A stretch of DNA of 64,000 bases from contig JAFGHI010000045.1 of NCBI GenBank assembly GCA_016930235.1, forward strand, positions 7,947 through 71,946, written 5' to 3'. Each line of letters opens with the position of its first letter. Position 1 is the stretch's first letter. The notes beneath the pieces are model-generated. The model was given only the letters and a program-made list of their open reading frames with translations, did no database searches and was not told where the DNA came from. The DNA comes from Candidatus Omnitrophota bacterium (lineage in GTDB: Bacteria; Omnitrophota; Omnitrophia; Omnitrophales; Aquincolibacteriaceae). Positions 27,905 through 37,000 of the stretch are shown piece after piece. The position numbers were made by a program, and so were the translations under genes.

Positions 27905-29107
27905 ATGAAAAAAATCGGGCTTCTATTTTTAATCCTTGCGTCATTTATTTTCCTTATTTATACGAACCGCCATATTGTGACGGGAATGTTTCTTGCACCT
28001 TTTTTAGAATCAAAACTCGAATCGCTTTTTAATATGCCCATTGCCATCCAAGGGCTTCGCGTCGATTTCAAGACAGGGGATGTCCAGGCCTCGCGCGTCA
28101 TTTTTACCAATCAGCCGGAATTTTTACCCGGTCCTCATTTGGATGTTTATGGAGTTCGATTTCATATCGATTTCCCCGCGCTTCGCCGGAAAGAGGTTTT
28201 GATTGATACGGTCCACCTCGAACGTCCTTATTATTTGATTGACCGCATGCCGACCCCGGAGGGCCCCCGGAATAATGTGAATACGTGGTACCGGTATATG
28301 AAAGTCGAAAGAAAAAAAGGGGAGCCCAAAGAAAAAACCGGAGGTGAACAAGAAAAAAAATGGGTGGTTAAAATCGGGAAGATTGAAATCTCGAACGGAA
28401 CGGTTATTTTCGATAACCGTGCGGCCAAAAACCCGAGGAAATATGTGTTCCGGAATCTCAATGGATTTCTCGGAAATTTCGAATATCCGTCCGAAGGGCC
28501 GAATCATTTATCCCAGGACGTGGAAATGAAAGGGACGTACGGTGAATTTTATCCGGCCCCTTTTGAAATCGAGGGGAAGGCAAATTTTTCGACGAGTCAG
28601 GTCGGATTCAATCTCTACGGGGAAATTACGGAAGGGGATCTTCTGGAACACCGTGATTTATGGGAAGGTTTACCGATTAGGCTTGAAAAAGGAAGGTTTT
28701 CTCTTTTTATCCACGGGCTTTGTCTGAAAAAACAATTGCAGTCGCGAAGCCATCTTATTTTGAGGGAACTTGATATCAGCCCCGGTCAGGCCGCGACCGA
28801 TAAGATTTGGGGGCTTCCGCTTCTGGCTTCGATGCGCTTTATGGAGAATGAAAAGGAAATTCATTTAGAAATACCCGTAAACGGAGATATTACCGATCCC
28901 AAATTTGAGTTTCAGAAGGCTTTTCGGGCTTCTTTTCATCGATCCCTGGAACGCAGGACGAAGGCAGGCATCCAGTCCTTTACGAACGGAACGGTCAGAT
29001 TGGCATCCCAAACGAAAGGGATTGTCGTCAAGACACAGCAGCGGCTCGTTGAGGGCATTGATCGATTGTCGACGGCCGTTCATGAGAAAGCGAGTCAAGT
29101 CGAGTGA
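27905..29107 (+). CDS. AsmA/DUF748-like membrane-anchored protein
   Basis: N-terminal anchor, beta-rich body, C-terminal LEIPVNGDITDPKF motif. Confidence 0.7.
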   Translation: MKKIGLLFLILASFIFLIYTNRHIVTGMFLAPFLESKLESLFNMPIAIQGLRVDFKTGDVQASRVIFTNQPEFLPGPHLDVYGVRFHIDFPALRRKEVLIDTVHLERPYYLIDRMPTPEGPRNNVNTWYRYMKVERKKGEPKEKTGGEQEKKWVVKIGKIEISNGTVIFDNRAAKNPRKYVFRNLNGFLGNFEYPSEGPNHLSQDVEMKGTYGEFYPAPFEIEGKANFSTSQVGFNLYGEITEGDLLEHRDLWEGLPIRLEKGRFSLFIHGLCLKKQLQSRSHLILRELDISPGQAATDKIWGLPLLASMRFMENEKEIHLEIPVNGDITDPKFEFQKAFRASFHRSLERRTKAGIQSFTNGTVRLASQTKGIVVKTQQRLVEGIDRLSTAVHEKASQVE

Positions 29108-29997
29108 TGAATACACAGAAGAAATCAGGTTTTGTTTCGATTCTCGGCCGTCCCAATGTCGGGAAATCAACGCTTTTGAATTATCTTGTGGGCGAGAAAT
29201 TGGCGGGGGTGTCGAGAAAGCCGCAGACTACCCGCGAGACAATCCGCGGCATCTTGACCCGTGAAGAAGGACAGGTTGTTTTTCTGGATACTCCCGGGAT
29301 GCATGAGCCGCGTGATCTTTTGGGTTCCAAAATGCTGCGTGAGATTGAAGAATCCTTAGACGGTGCGGATCTTTTTTATTGGATGATTCTTCCCGAACCG
29401 ATGACCCGTGAGGAGGAGAAAATCCTTGAGATTGTCCGCGGACTGAAAGCGCCGATTTTTTTGCTGGTGAATCAGGTGGACCGGTTTCCCAAACCGCATG
29501 TCCTTCCGGTGATTGACGCCTATAAGGATAAGTTGCCCTTTCAGGAAATCATCCCGATTTCCGCCAAGACAGGGATCAATATTGAGATCTTGATTCAAAA
29601 AACCTTTGAGTGCCTTCCTGTCGGTGCGCCGCTTTTTGACGAGGATCAAATCTCGGATCAAAACGAACGGTTTACGGCCTCTGAGATTATCCGCGAGAAG
29701 GTTTTTCGAATGACCCGGCAGGAGATCCCGTATGCCTCAACCGTTGTCATTGAAGATTTCAAGGACCGGCCGGACAAGATTGCCGAGATTCACGCGACGA
29801 TTGTGGTCGAGCGGGAATCGCAGAAAGGGGTCATGATCGGCAAGCGCGGTGAGATGATGAAACGGATCGGCGAGGCCTCCAGGCAGGATCTTGAAAGGTT
29901 TCTCGGTCGCAAGGTTTTTCTTAAATTGTGGGTCAAAACAATCCCCGGTTGGAAAAAAGACAAACAGGCAATGCGGGAGTTGGGTTATGGCCCCTAG
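29107..29997 (+). CDS. era: GTPase Era
   Basis: GRPNVGKSTL, QTTR, DTPG, EIIREK, KH-domain GVMIGKRG, LWVK. Confidence 0.96.
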   Translation: MNTQKKSGFVSILGRPNVGKSTLLNYLVGEKLAGVSRKPQTTRETIRGILTREEGQVVFLDTPGMHEPRDLLGSKMLREIEESLDGADLFYWMILPEPMTREEEKILEIVRGLKAPIFLLVNQVDRFPKPHVLPVIDAYKDKLPFQEIIPISAKTGINIEILIQKTFECLPVGAPLFDEDQISDQNERFTASEIIREKVFRMTRQEIPYASTVVIEDFKDRPDKIAEIHATIVVERESQKGVMIGKRGEMMKRIGEASRQDLERFLGRKVFLKLWVKTIPGWKKDKQAMRELGYGP

Positions 29998-30940
29998 GAA
30001 GAAATTAGACATCCTCGTTTTCGGGGCGGGCGCGATCGGCTCGGTTTACGGCGGGTTCCTTTCCCGTTTCCATAACGTTACTTTGTTGGGTCGGACAAAT
30101 CATATCAGGGCTATCCGAAAGCGGGGACTGCGCGTTTCGGGGATTTGGGGCAGGCATGTTTTTAAGCAGCTTCAGTTGGAAACGGATTCCCGGAAGTTTA
30201 TCCGCCAGAAAAAGCATTTTGATCTTATCCTTTTGACGGTCAAATCCTATGATATGGCCAGGGCCGTGCTTGCGATCAAGAAACTCCTGTCACCTCATAC
30301 GGCTGTCCTCGCGCTTCAAAATGGTTTGGGCAATATCGAAATCCTTCACCGGGCCCTTCCCCCCAAACAGGTGTTTGCGGGCCGTGTGATCTTCGGAGTC
30401 GAAGTCCCGAAACCCGGAGAAGTGAAAGTCACCGTGATCGCGCAGCCGACGGCCCTGGGTGAAACCTGCCGGAAAGGGATCACCCCACGGTTAAAGCATC
30501 TGGTTCAAGTATTTTCCGAAACAAAAATTCCGACGGTAGCCTGCCGTGATATCGAGCGGCTGATTTGGGCCAAAGTGATTTATAATTCTTCGCTCAATCC
30601 GCTTGCCTCACTTTTGGATTGCCATTACGGTTATTTAGGGGAACACCAAGCGACTCGGCAGATGATCCAGGAAATCATCGAAGAAATTTACCGGGTCGGA
30701 AAGAAACTCAAAGTCCATCTGGCTCCCAGAACAGCTTTAGGATATCAGAAAGTTTTTTTTAAGACATTGCTGCCCAGGACTTATCACCATCATCCTTCGA
30801 TGCTTCAGGACCTCCAGCGGGGGAAGCGAACGGAGATCGAGGCCTTAAACGGGGCGATCGAGCGTTTGGGAAAGCGCGCGAAGATTGCGGTGCCCGTCAA
30901 TGCCTTGATGGCTGACCTTATCCGTCAAAAGGAAGCCTGA
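29987..30940 (+). CDS. panE: 2-dehydropantoate 2-reductase
   Basis: GAGAIG, VKSYD, QNGLG, WAK, SMLQD..RTEIEALNG. Confidence 0.92.
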   Translation: MAPRKKLDILVFGAGAIGSVYGGFLSRFHNVTLLGRTNHIRAIRKRGLRVSGIWGRHVFKQLQLETDSRKFIRQKKHFDLILLTVKSYDMARAVLAIKKLLSPHTAVLALQNGLGNIEILHRALPPKQVFAGRVIFGVEVPKPGEVKVTVIAQPTALGETCRKGITPRLKHLVQVFSETKIPTVACRDIERLIWAKVIYNSSLNPLASLLDCHYGYLGEHQATRQMIQEIIEEIYRVGKKLKVHLAPRTALGYQKVFFKTLLPRTYHHHPSMLQDLQRGKRTEIEALNGAIERLGKRAKIAVPVNALMADLIRQKEA

Positions 30941-31735
30941 ATGAGACAGTCTTCGGTTCTCATGTGCCGTCCCCCAAGCAAAATCTCGGGGAATTCCGCC
31001 GGGAATGATCCCTTCAGGAAAATCGATCTTGCCCTTGCTTCCGACGAGTGGCAGCGGCTTCACGATTGTTTAAAGAAAGATTTCCGTCTCAAGGTTGAAG
31101 TGTTGCCGGCCCCTGAAAATTTGCCTTGGATGAGTTTTGCCGCCGGCGCGGGCGTTACGAATAAACGAACTTACGTTCGAAGTTCTTTCCGTAGACCGCA
31201 CCGCTGTGAGGAAGAAAGGCATTTCGAAAATTGGTTTAGGAAAAAGGGCTTTATCGTGAAGACCCTTGAAAGGCCCCTTGGTTTTCAGGGTGAGCGTGAA
31301 GTCCTGGAGATTGCAGGGGAGCTTTATATCGGGTACCGGTTCCGCTCGGAGACAGAAGGTCACGAGATCCTAGCGAAGTATCTCAAAAAACGTTATTTTG
31401 CATTGGAGATTCCGGATGAAAGGTTCTATGATATCGATACGTGCTTGGCGCCGCTCGGTGAGCGGACCGCTTTGGTTTATCTCGGTGCGTTTGAGCCTTA
31501 CGCCCAGATGATTTTGCGTGAAAATATACCGGACCTTATTCGTGTTTCAACAAAAGAGGCGCTTCGGCTGGCCTGCAATTTAATCGAAATCGGAGGGCGG
31601 GTCATTCTCCCCGAAGGTTGTCCCCAAACACGTGAGGAACTTGAAAGAAGAAAGTTTAAAGTGACCGAACTGGATTTTTCCGAGTGGGTCAAGCTGGGCG
31701 GGGCGGCAAAAAGTTTGGTCCTAAGGCTGAGGTAA
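30941..31735 (+). CDS. Amidinotransferase/DDAH-family (pentein) protein with degenerate catalytic triad
   Basis: LMC.P, A..EW, FYDIDTC, ACN, GGAAKSL framework; catalytic His and Cys replaced. Confidence 0.8.
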   Translation: MRQSSVLMCRPPSKISGNSAGNDPFRKIDLALASDEWQRLHDCLKKDFRLKVEVLPAPENLPWMSFAAGAGVTNKRTYVRSSFRRPHRCEEERHFENWFRKKGFIVKTLERPLGFQGEREVLEIAGELYIGYRFRSETEGHEILAKYLKKRYFALEIPDERFYDIDTCLAPLGERTALVYLGAFEPYAQMILRENIPDLIRVSTKEALRLACNLIEIGGRVILPEGCPQTREELERRKFKVTELDFSEWVKLGGAAKSLVLRLR

Positions 31736-31741
31736 AAGAAG

Positions 31742-32407
31742 ATGAAGAAATTGCTTTTCGATCACAAGAAACGATCCCAGCCCCCTAAGAAGAGGGCCGC
31801 TAAAATTAAGGCGATTGTCTTTGATTTGGGGAATGTCCTTCTCAATTACGATATCTTAAAAGCGGCCCGCTGGTTTCACAAAACCTGCGGGGTTTCGATC
31901 CTTAAGATCCGGAAGCATTTCTTTGCGGCCGAGACAGAGAAGGCCTATGAACGCGGAGAAATTTCGACCCTGGATTTTTTTGAATATGCCAAGCAGGCCT
32001 TTAAAGTGCCGATTGACTTCGAATCCTTCAAGAACGGCTGGAATGATATCTTTTGGGAAAATGACGGGATGGATGAGCTTACCGGGAAACTTTCCAAAAC
32101 TTATCCGCTATATTTGATTTCCAATACCAACGAGATGCATTTTGATTATATCGAAAAAAAATTTGGTATTCTGCGTCATTTTAAAGAAACATTCCCAAGC
32201 CACCGGATGGGGGCCCGGAAACCCGAACCGAAGATTTATGCGAAAACGATTGAGCGGATCGGGGTCCGTCCCGAGGAAATGGTTTTTATTGATGACGTTC
32301 CCAAGTTTGTCCGGGGGGCGAAGAAGGCCGGGATGCACGGCATTCAGTTCCGGAATAAAAAACAACTCATCAGGGATTTAAAACGTCTAGGAGTGAATAT
32401 TTCATGA
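31742..32407 (+). CDS. HAD-family phosphatase (YihX-like)
   Basis: FDLGNVL, SNTN, KP, FIDD. Confidence 0.9.
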   Translation: MKKLLFDHKKRSQPPKKRAAKIKAIVFDLGNVLLNYDILKAARWFHKTCGVSILKIRKHFFAAETEKAYERGEISTLDFFEYAKQAFKVPIDFESFKNGWNDIFWENDGMDELTGKLSKTYPLYLISNTNEMHFDYIEKKFGILRHFKETFPSHRMGARKPEPKIYAKTIERIGVRPEEMVFIDDVPKFVRGAKKAGMHGIQFRNKKQLIRDLKRLGVNIS

Positions 32408-33306
32408 GCCGCACCGTCAGAATTTTTTTCCCTTTCTTGTGCCTGACGGTTCTTCTTATGGCCGTCGGAGGTTCGCAAGGGGACTTGCCGGGGATGCTTA
32501 TGGGATTCGTCCTGGGCATTCTGCTTACTTTCATCGTGTTTCGCTTCAGCGCGGACTGGGTCTTGGGGAATCTTCATGCTCAGCTTTTGCCCAAAGAAAC
32601 GGCCCCCGAACTTTATATCCTTTCCAACGAGCTGGCTTTGGAAGCGGGGATTGATCCGCCGAGGCTTTATCTGATCCCCTCAGCGGCCTTGAATGCCTTG
32701 AGTGTCGGAAGGATTTCAAGACGGTCTGCGATTCTTTTGACCCGGGGGCTTTTAGGGGAGCTTTCGGAATCCGAGCTGAAAGCTGTCCTCGCTCATGAAA
32801 TCGCGCATATTCAATCTCGGGAAACTTTTTTAGGGACGGTCACCGCCAGTCTTGCCGGAATTTCCGATTATTTTATTATGTTTTTAAGGGGAGCTTTTAG
32901 TTTAGGGAACCCGCAAAGGGGCGGACGCCGGGATAATCCGATCGTGATGTTGGCGAAGGCCGTTTTATATCCGCTCACGGCCCTTTGGATTCGGGGGCTT
33001 ATTTTCCCTTCGCGCGAATATGAGGCGGACAGGGAAAGTGCTATGTTGTGCGGCAATCCCGAATATTTGATGAGTGCGCTTGTGAAGATTGATCAAAAGA
33101 AAAAGAATCTTCCGTTAAGGGAGATCCCTTATTCGGAGGCCCATCTTTTCATCGTGAATCCTCTCCGGGAAGGGGTTGGGTCGAGGATTTTTCAATCGCA
33201 CCCGCTTGTCGAGAAACGGTTAGTTGCCTTGGAGGGAATGACTCATTTGCGCCCGTCGGTGTATTCTGAGGAAGAGGTTTCGTCCGGAAAAAATGAAAAG
33301 GGTTGA
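32404..33306 (+). CDS. htpX: HtpX-like M48 zinc metalloprotease
   Basis: AVLAHEIAH, REYEAD, HLFIVNP, SHP..EKR. Confidence 0.8.
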   Translation: MSRTVRIFFPFLCLTVLLMAVGGSQGDLPGMLMGFVLGILLTFIVFRFSADWVLGNLHAQLLPKETAPELYILSNELALEAGIDPPRLYLIPSAALNALSVGRISRRSAILLTRGLLGELSESELKAVLAHEIAHIQSRETFLGTVTASLAGISDYFIMFLRGAFSLGNPQRGGRRDNPIVMLAKAVLYPLTALWIRGLIFPSREYEADRESAMLCGNPEYLMSALVKIDQKKKNLPLREIPYSEAHLFIVNPLREGVGSRIFQSHPLVEKRLVALEGMTHLRPSVYSEEEVSSGKNEKG

Positions 33307-33332
33307 CGCTCGGGACGGGCGGAAGATAGAAT
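33303..33332 (+). promoter_or_regulatory. Putative sigma70 promoter of ferredoxin
   Basis: TTGACG-18 nt-TAGAAT, then AGGAGG RBS. Confidence 0.55.
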
Positions 33333-33359
33333 CGTCAAATCATTGAAGGAGGACCGGAA

Positions 33360-33671
33360 ATGGCTTATGTGATTACGGACAAATGTTTGGGTGAAAGGTA
33401 TGCAACCTGTGTTTCTGTCTGCCCGGTGGAATGTATTTATCCGGGGGAACATAAGGGCGAGGAGTTTATGGTAATTGATCCGGCGGTGTGTATTACTTGC
33501 GGGGCCTGCCTGCCGGAATGTCCGATCGGAGCGATTGTCGAATCCGAGGATCAATCCCCCGAGTGGGCCAAGGTGAATGCGGACCTGGCTCCGAAATTCA
33601 AGGAAAATCCGAAGGTCGGCGAACGTGCGAAGGATGATCCGCCCAAGAAACCCGGGAACAAACTGGTTTAA
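33360..33671 (+). CDS. Dicluster (7Fe-type) ferredoxin
   Basis: MAYVIT..C.....CVSVCPVECI, IDP..CITCGACLPECP. Confidence 0.92.
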   Translation: MAYVITDKCLGERYATCVSVCPVECIYPGEHKGEEFMVIDPAVCITCGACLPECPIGAIVESEDQSPEWAKVNADLAPKFKENPKVGERAKDDPPKKPGNKLV

Positions 33672-33694
33672 ATCGGCGAAGTTTTGTGGGTTCT

Positions 33695-33744
33695 AAAAGT
33701 GCCTCTTGGATCGGGGATTACCCGGTGAAAGAGGCACTTTTTTT
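33695..33744 (+). terminator. Intrinsic terminator after ferredoxin
   Basis: AAAAGTGCCTCTT...AAGAGGCACTTTTTTT. Confidence 0.85.
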
Positions 33745-33843
33745 ATGCCCAATCCACGGGAGAAAAGAGTAGAGGCCGCAGCACCGTTTAGGGTAGAATA
33801 CGTTTTCGAAACCGCCACTTGAACCACGAAGGGTGATCCGTCA

Positions 33844-34443
33844 ATGCAGGAAGTTATCGATCAAAAACTTGAAGGATATATACGGGATTTCTTGAAGGAA
33901 AACCGTGCCGGCCGGATCCTGGCCAGGGGTTTGGAAGTCCTTGGCGTAGGATTGTGGCCTGTGATTGATCACCTCGCCTTTTGCTGTCTCAGTGTGGAAC
34001 AAAGGGCCAAGGAATTCCTGGACTTAGGCTATCGATTTGATGAAGAAACCAACGTCCTTCAGGGACGCAATTGGTGGGCCAAGATTTTTAAGAAGCCTGG
34101 GTATCCGGCCGTTTTGCTTTGCCAGGCTTATGAGGATGAACGGGTCAAACAGAGTCCGATCCCCGCGTGGGTGGATGCGTTTGGAGAAAAAATGGTTCAT
34201 TGCCTGGCCGTCCACGTTGAGAATGCCGAGAATGCCGTTTTTTACTTGGAAAAGCAGGGCATACCCTTCAGCCATCATATTGTGGGAGACCAGGGTTCCA
34301 AACTCCGCCAGGTTTTATCCGTGCCGGAAAAAAAGAACGGAATGGTTTATTGTACCCTGCAATTTGTCGAGCGCAGGGGCGGGTTTCAGGAATTGATGGC
34401 GCTTCAGCTTGAAGAGCTGCATAAGATTTTAGAGTCGTCCTAA
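33844..34443 (+). CDS. VOC/glyoxalase-fold-like hypothetical protein
   Basis: IDHLAF, HCLAVHVEN...L.KQGIPF, LRQV, LQFVER pattern resembles VOC-fold proteins. Confidence 0.55.
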   Translation: MQEVIDQKLEGYIRDFLKENRAGRILARGLEVLGVGLWPVIDHLAFCCLSVEQRAKEFLDLGYRFDEETNVLQGRNWWAKIFKKPGYPAVLLCQAYEDERVKQSPIPAWVDAFGEKMVHCLAVHVENAENAVFYLEKQGIPFSHHIVGDQGSKLRQVLSVPEKKNGMVYCTLQFVERRGGFQELMALQLEELHKILESS

Positions 34444-34471
34444 CGGAATTTTTTCAAAGGAAACAAAACAC

Positions 34472-35476
34472 ATGATTGTCGGGTTGACGGGAAAAAACGG
34501 ATCAGGGAAAGGCGAGGTCGTGAAATACCTCGAAGAACGGGGATTCGGTGTTTATTCTCTCTCGGATGTTCTTAGGGAAGAAGCCCAGAAAAACAAAAAA
34601 CCGGTGACTCGGGATGTCCTTGTTGAATTGGGCAACCGGCTTCGCGCCGAACACGGGCCTTCTTTCCTGGCCGAGAAGATTTTTGAGCGGCTGGATCCCG
34701 AAAAAAATTATGTGGTCGATTCGATCCGTCATCCCCTGGAAGTGAAGGTCTTTCGCCGCCGGAGTGATTTTATCCTTGCGTGTGTTCGCGCTCCCGAGAA
34801 ACTGCGGTTTGAAAGATTGCGCCAGAGGGGTCGCGAAAACGATCCCAAGGCTTTTGAGGATTTTCAGAAACTTGAAAGCAAAGAGGCGGAAAGCAGGACG
34901 GAAAGCGATCAGCAGCTGGATGCCGCAATTCGTTCGGCGGATATCGTGATCGAAAATGGGGGCCCTTTAAGAGAACTTCATGAGAAGGTGAAAACAGCGG
35001 TCCTGGAATTTACCAAGAAGCAGGTCAGGCCCGATTGGGACCACTATTTTATGGAGATTGCCAAAGTGGCGGCCCTTCGTTCCAATTGCATGAAGCGCAG
35101 GGTCGCGGCAGTTATTGTCAAAGACAAACGGATTATTGCAACCGGTTATAACGGAACGCCGCGCGGGATTAAGAATTGCAATGAGGGAGGATGCCCCCGG
35201 TGTAACAGCTTAGAGCCTTCCGGCAAGGGACTTCCCGATTGTGTCTGCTCTCACGCTGAGGAAAATGCGATTGTCCAGTCGGCCTACCATGGTGTTAGCG
35301 TCAAAGACTCGATTATCTACACGACTTTTTCACCCTGCCTTATCTGTACTAAGATGATCATTAATGCCGGGATCCTGGAGGTCGTCTATAATGTCGATTA
35401 TCCCATGAGCGATGTATCACTCCGGCTATTTGAAGAAGCCGGGGTGAAGGTCCGAAAGCTCCCGGTCCAGGCCTAG
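34472..35476 (+). CDS. P-loop kinase-dCMP deaminase fusion
   Basis: N: GLTGKNGSGKG, DSIR; C: RPDWDHYFM, RSNCMKR, GYNGTP, HAEENA, PCLIC. Confidence 0.9.
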   Translation: MIVGLTGKNGSGKGEVVKYLEERGFGVYSLSDVLREEAQKNKKPVTRDVLVELGNRLRAEHGPSFLAEKIFERLDPEKNYVVDSIRHPLEVKVFRRRSDFILACVRAPEKLRFERLRQRGRENDPKAFEDFQKLESKEAESRTESDQQLDAAIRSADIVIENGGPLRELHEKVKTAVLEFTKKQVRPDWDHYFMEIAKVAALRSNCMKRRVAAVIVKDKRIIATGYNGTPRGIKNCNEGGCPRCNSLEPSGKGLPDCVCSHAEENAIVQSAYHGVSVKDSIIYTTFSPCLICTKMIINAGILEVVYNVDYPMSDVSLRLFEEAGVKVRKLPVQA

Positions 35477-35506
35477 GGACTCATTCCGCGAAAACAAAGC
35501 CATAAT

Positions 35507-36700
35507 ATGACTCAAGAAAAAAAAGAAAACGCCCAACCTATCCGAAAAAGTTTCGGGCTTAAAGGCAAAATCGAGCCTGAACTTCATAAGAGTTATCACA
35601 GTCCGCTTGTGGATCAAATCAAACAAGAGGGATACCGTTATCAAAAGGGGAGAATCCGGATTTTTTTGGCTGAAGAATTCGGCTTTTGCTACGGAGTCGA
35701 CCGGGCGGTCGATTATGCCTACGAAACCTGCGCAAAATTCCCGGACCGGAGAATTTTTCTCACCAATGAGATTATTCACAACCCCCGTGTGAATACTAAA
35801 CTCAAGGAGATGGGGGTTCGCTTTCTTTCCGGGCCTTATGCGGAGGGGGAAACACTCCAGGATATTACTTCCGAGGATGTTGTGATTATCCCTGCCTTCG
35901 GGACATCGATTTCAGAACTGGATGAGCTTGAGAAGAAGGGATGTACGTTGGTCGACACGACCTGCGGGTCGGTGATGAGCGTCTGGCGAAGAGTGGAATC
36001 CTATGCCCGTGACGGTTTTACGTCGCTGATTCACGGTAAATTCGACCACGAAGAGACGCGCGCGACGAGTTCCAGGGCGATGCGTTATCCGGGAGGCAAA
36101 TTCCTGGTCGTACGCGACATGTCCGAAACCGGGGAGGTTTGCAAATTCATCGAAGGCTGCGGGAACCGCGATCATTTCCTCGGGAAATTTAAAGAGGCCT
36201 GTTCGCCCGGATTGGATCCCGAGAAGGACCTTGGGTTTATCGGTTGCGCCAACCAAACAACCATGCTTTCAAGCGAATCGATTGAAATCGCAAAAATGCT
36301 TGAGTCTTCTTTTCTGAAACGCTACGGGAAAGAGGAAGCCCAGAGAAGATTCCGTCATTTTGATACGGTTTGCTCAGCCACCCAGGAACGCCAGGATGCG
36401 GTGTTGAAATTGGCGCGTGAAGGGCTTAATCTTATGATTGTGGTGGGCGGTTATAATTCAAGCAATACGGGACATTTGGTGGAGATCTCCAGTCAATTTG
36501 CGCCGGTTTATCATGTTAAAGATGCCTCCTGTATTTTTTCGGGCAAACTCATTCGCCATAAAGCCAAAGAAAGTATGGACGAGCAGGAAACAAAAGACTG
36601 GCTTCCGGAAGGTCCGGTGAAGATCGGAATTACTGCGGGGGCTTCAACCCCGAACCGTGTCATTGAAGAAGTCATCAAAAGGATTCTGGAAATCGCCTGA
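35507..36700 (+). CDS. ispH: 4-hydroxy-3-methylbut-2-enyl diphosphate reductase IspH
   Basis: FGFCYGVDRA, EIIHNP, DTTC, HEET, NQTT, TVCSATQERQ, SSNT, AGASTP. Confidence 0.95.
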   Translation: MTQEKKENAQPIRKSFGLKGKIEPELHKSYHSPLVDQIKQEGYRYQKGRIRIFLAEEFGFCYGVDRAVDYAYETCAKFPDRRIFLTNEIIHNPRVNTKLKEMGVRFLSGPYAEGETLQDITSEDVVIIPAFGTSISELDELEKKGCTLVDTTCGSVMSVWRRVESYARDGFTSLIHGKFDHEETRATSSRAMRYPGGKFLVVRDMSETGEVCKFIEGCGNRDHFLGKFKEACSPGLDPEKDLGFIGCANQTTMLSSESIEIAKMLESSFLKRYGKEEAQRRFRHFDTVCSATQERQDAVLKLAREGLNLMIVVGGYNSSNTGHLVEISSQFAPVYHVKDASCIFSGKLIRHKAKESMDEQETKDWLPEGPVKIGITAGASTPNRVIEEVIKRILEIA

Positions 36701-36720
36701 AGATACCTTCGTGATATTTT

Positions 36721-36765
36721 GGATTTTGCCTGCCCGCCTGCTGTGCAGCCAGACAGGCAAAATCC
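36721..36765. repeat. Short palindromic element
   Basis: GGATTTTGCCTG...CAGGCAAAATCC, perfect 12-bp inverted repeat. Confidence 0.6.
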
Positions 36766-36815
36766 ATAATTGTATGGGCGAAGAGGCAAGATTAAGTGGC
36801 ACAGAATAAAAACCG

Positions 36816-36952
36816 AAGCACGAAATTCGAAATCCGAAACAATATCAAAATCCGAATGACGAATGTTCTAAAAACGATCAACCAAGCCGTATTTCACATT
36901 TTTTTGAGATATTCGATATTCGAATTTGCTTCGAATTTCGGAATTCGGATTT
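36816..36952. repeat. 7-nt-periodic inverted repeat element (CGAAATY type)
   Basis: AAGCACGAAATTCGAAATCCGAAAC...TTCGAATTTGCTTCGAATTTCGGAATTCGGATTT. Confidence 0.7.
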
Positions 36953-37000
36953 ATAAGAGCAGGTCAAATCCAAAATTGTTTTAATTCGGGAGGTCCATCG

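Noticed and set aside
13935-31735. Alternative genetic code or recoding explaining the lost catalytic residues
   Set aside because: Replacement codons are heterogeneous (GCG, TTT, GAT, AGT), and all genes end at normal stops with standard-code conserved motifs.
32404-33306. HtpX-like protein as another pseudoenzyme
   Set aside because: HExxH, the third-ligand Glu (REYEAD) and the HP motif are all retained.
36796-36984. 62-aa ORF spanning the CGAAAT repeat element
   Set aside because: Sequence is dictated by the heptamer repeats, GTG start with weak RBS, no protein features.
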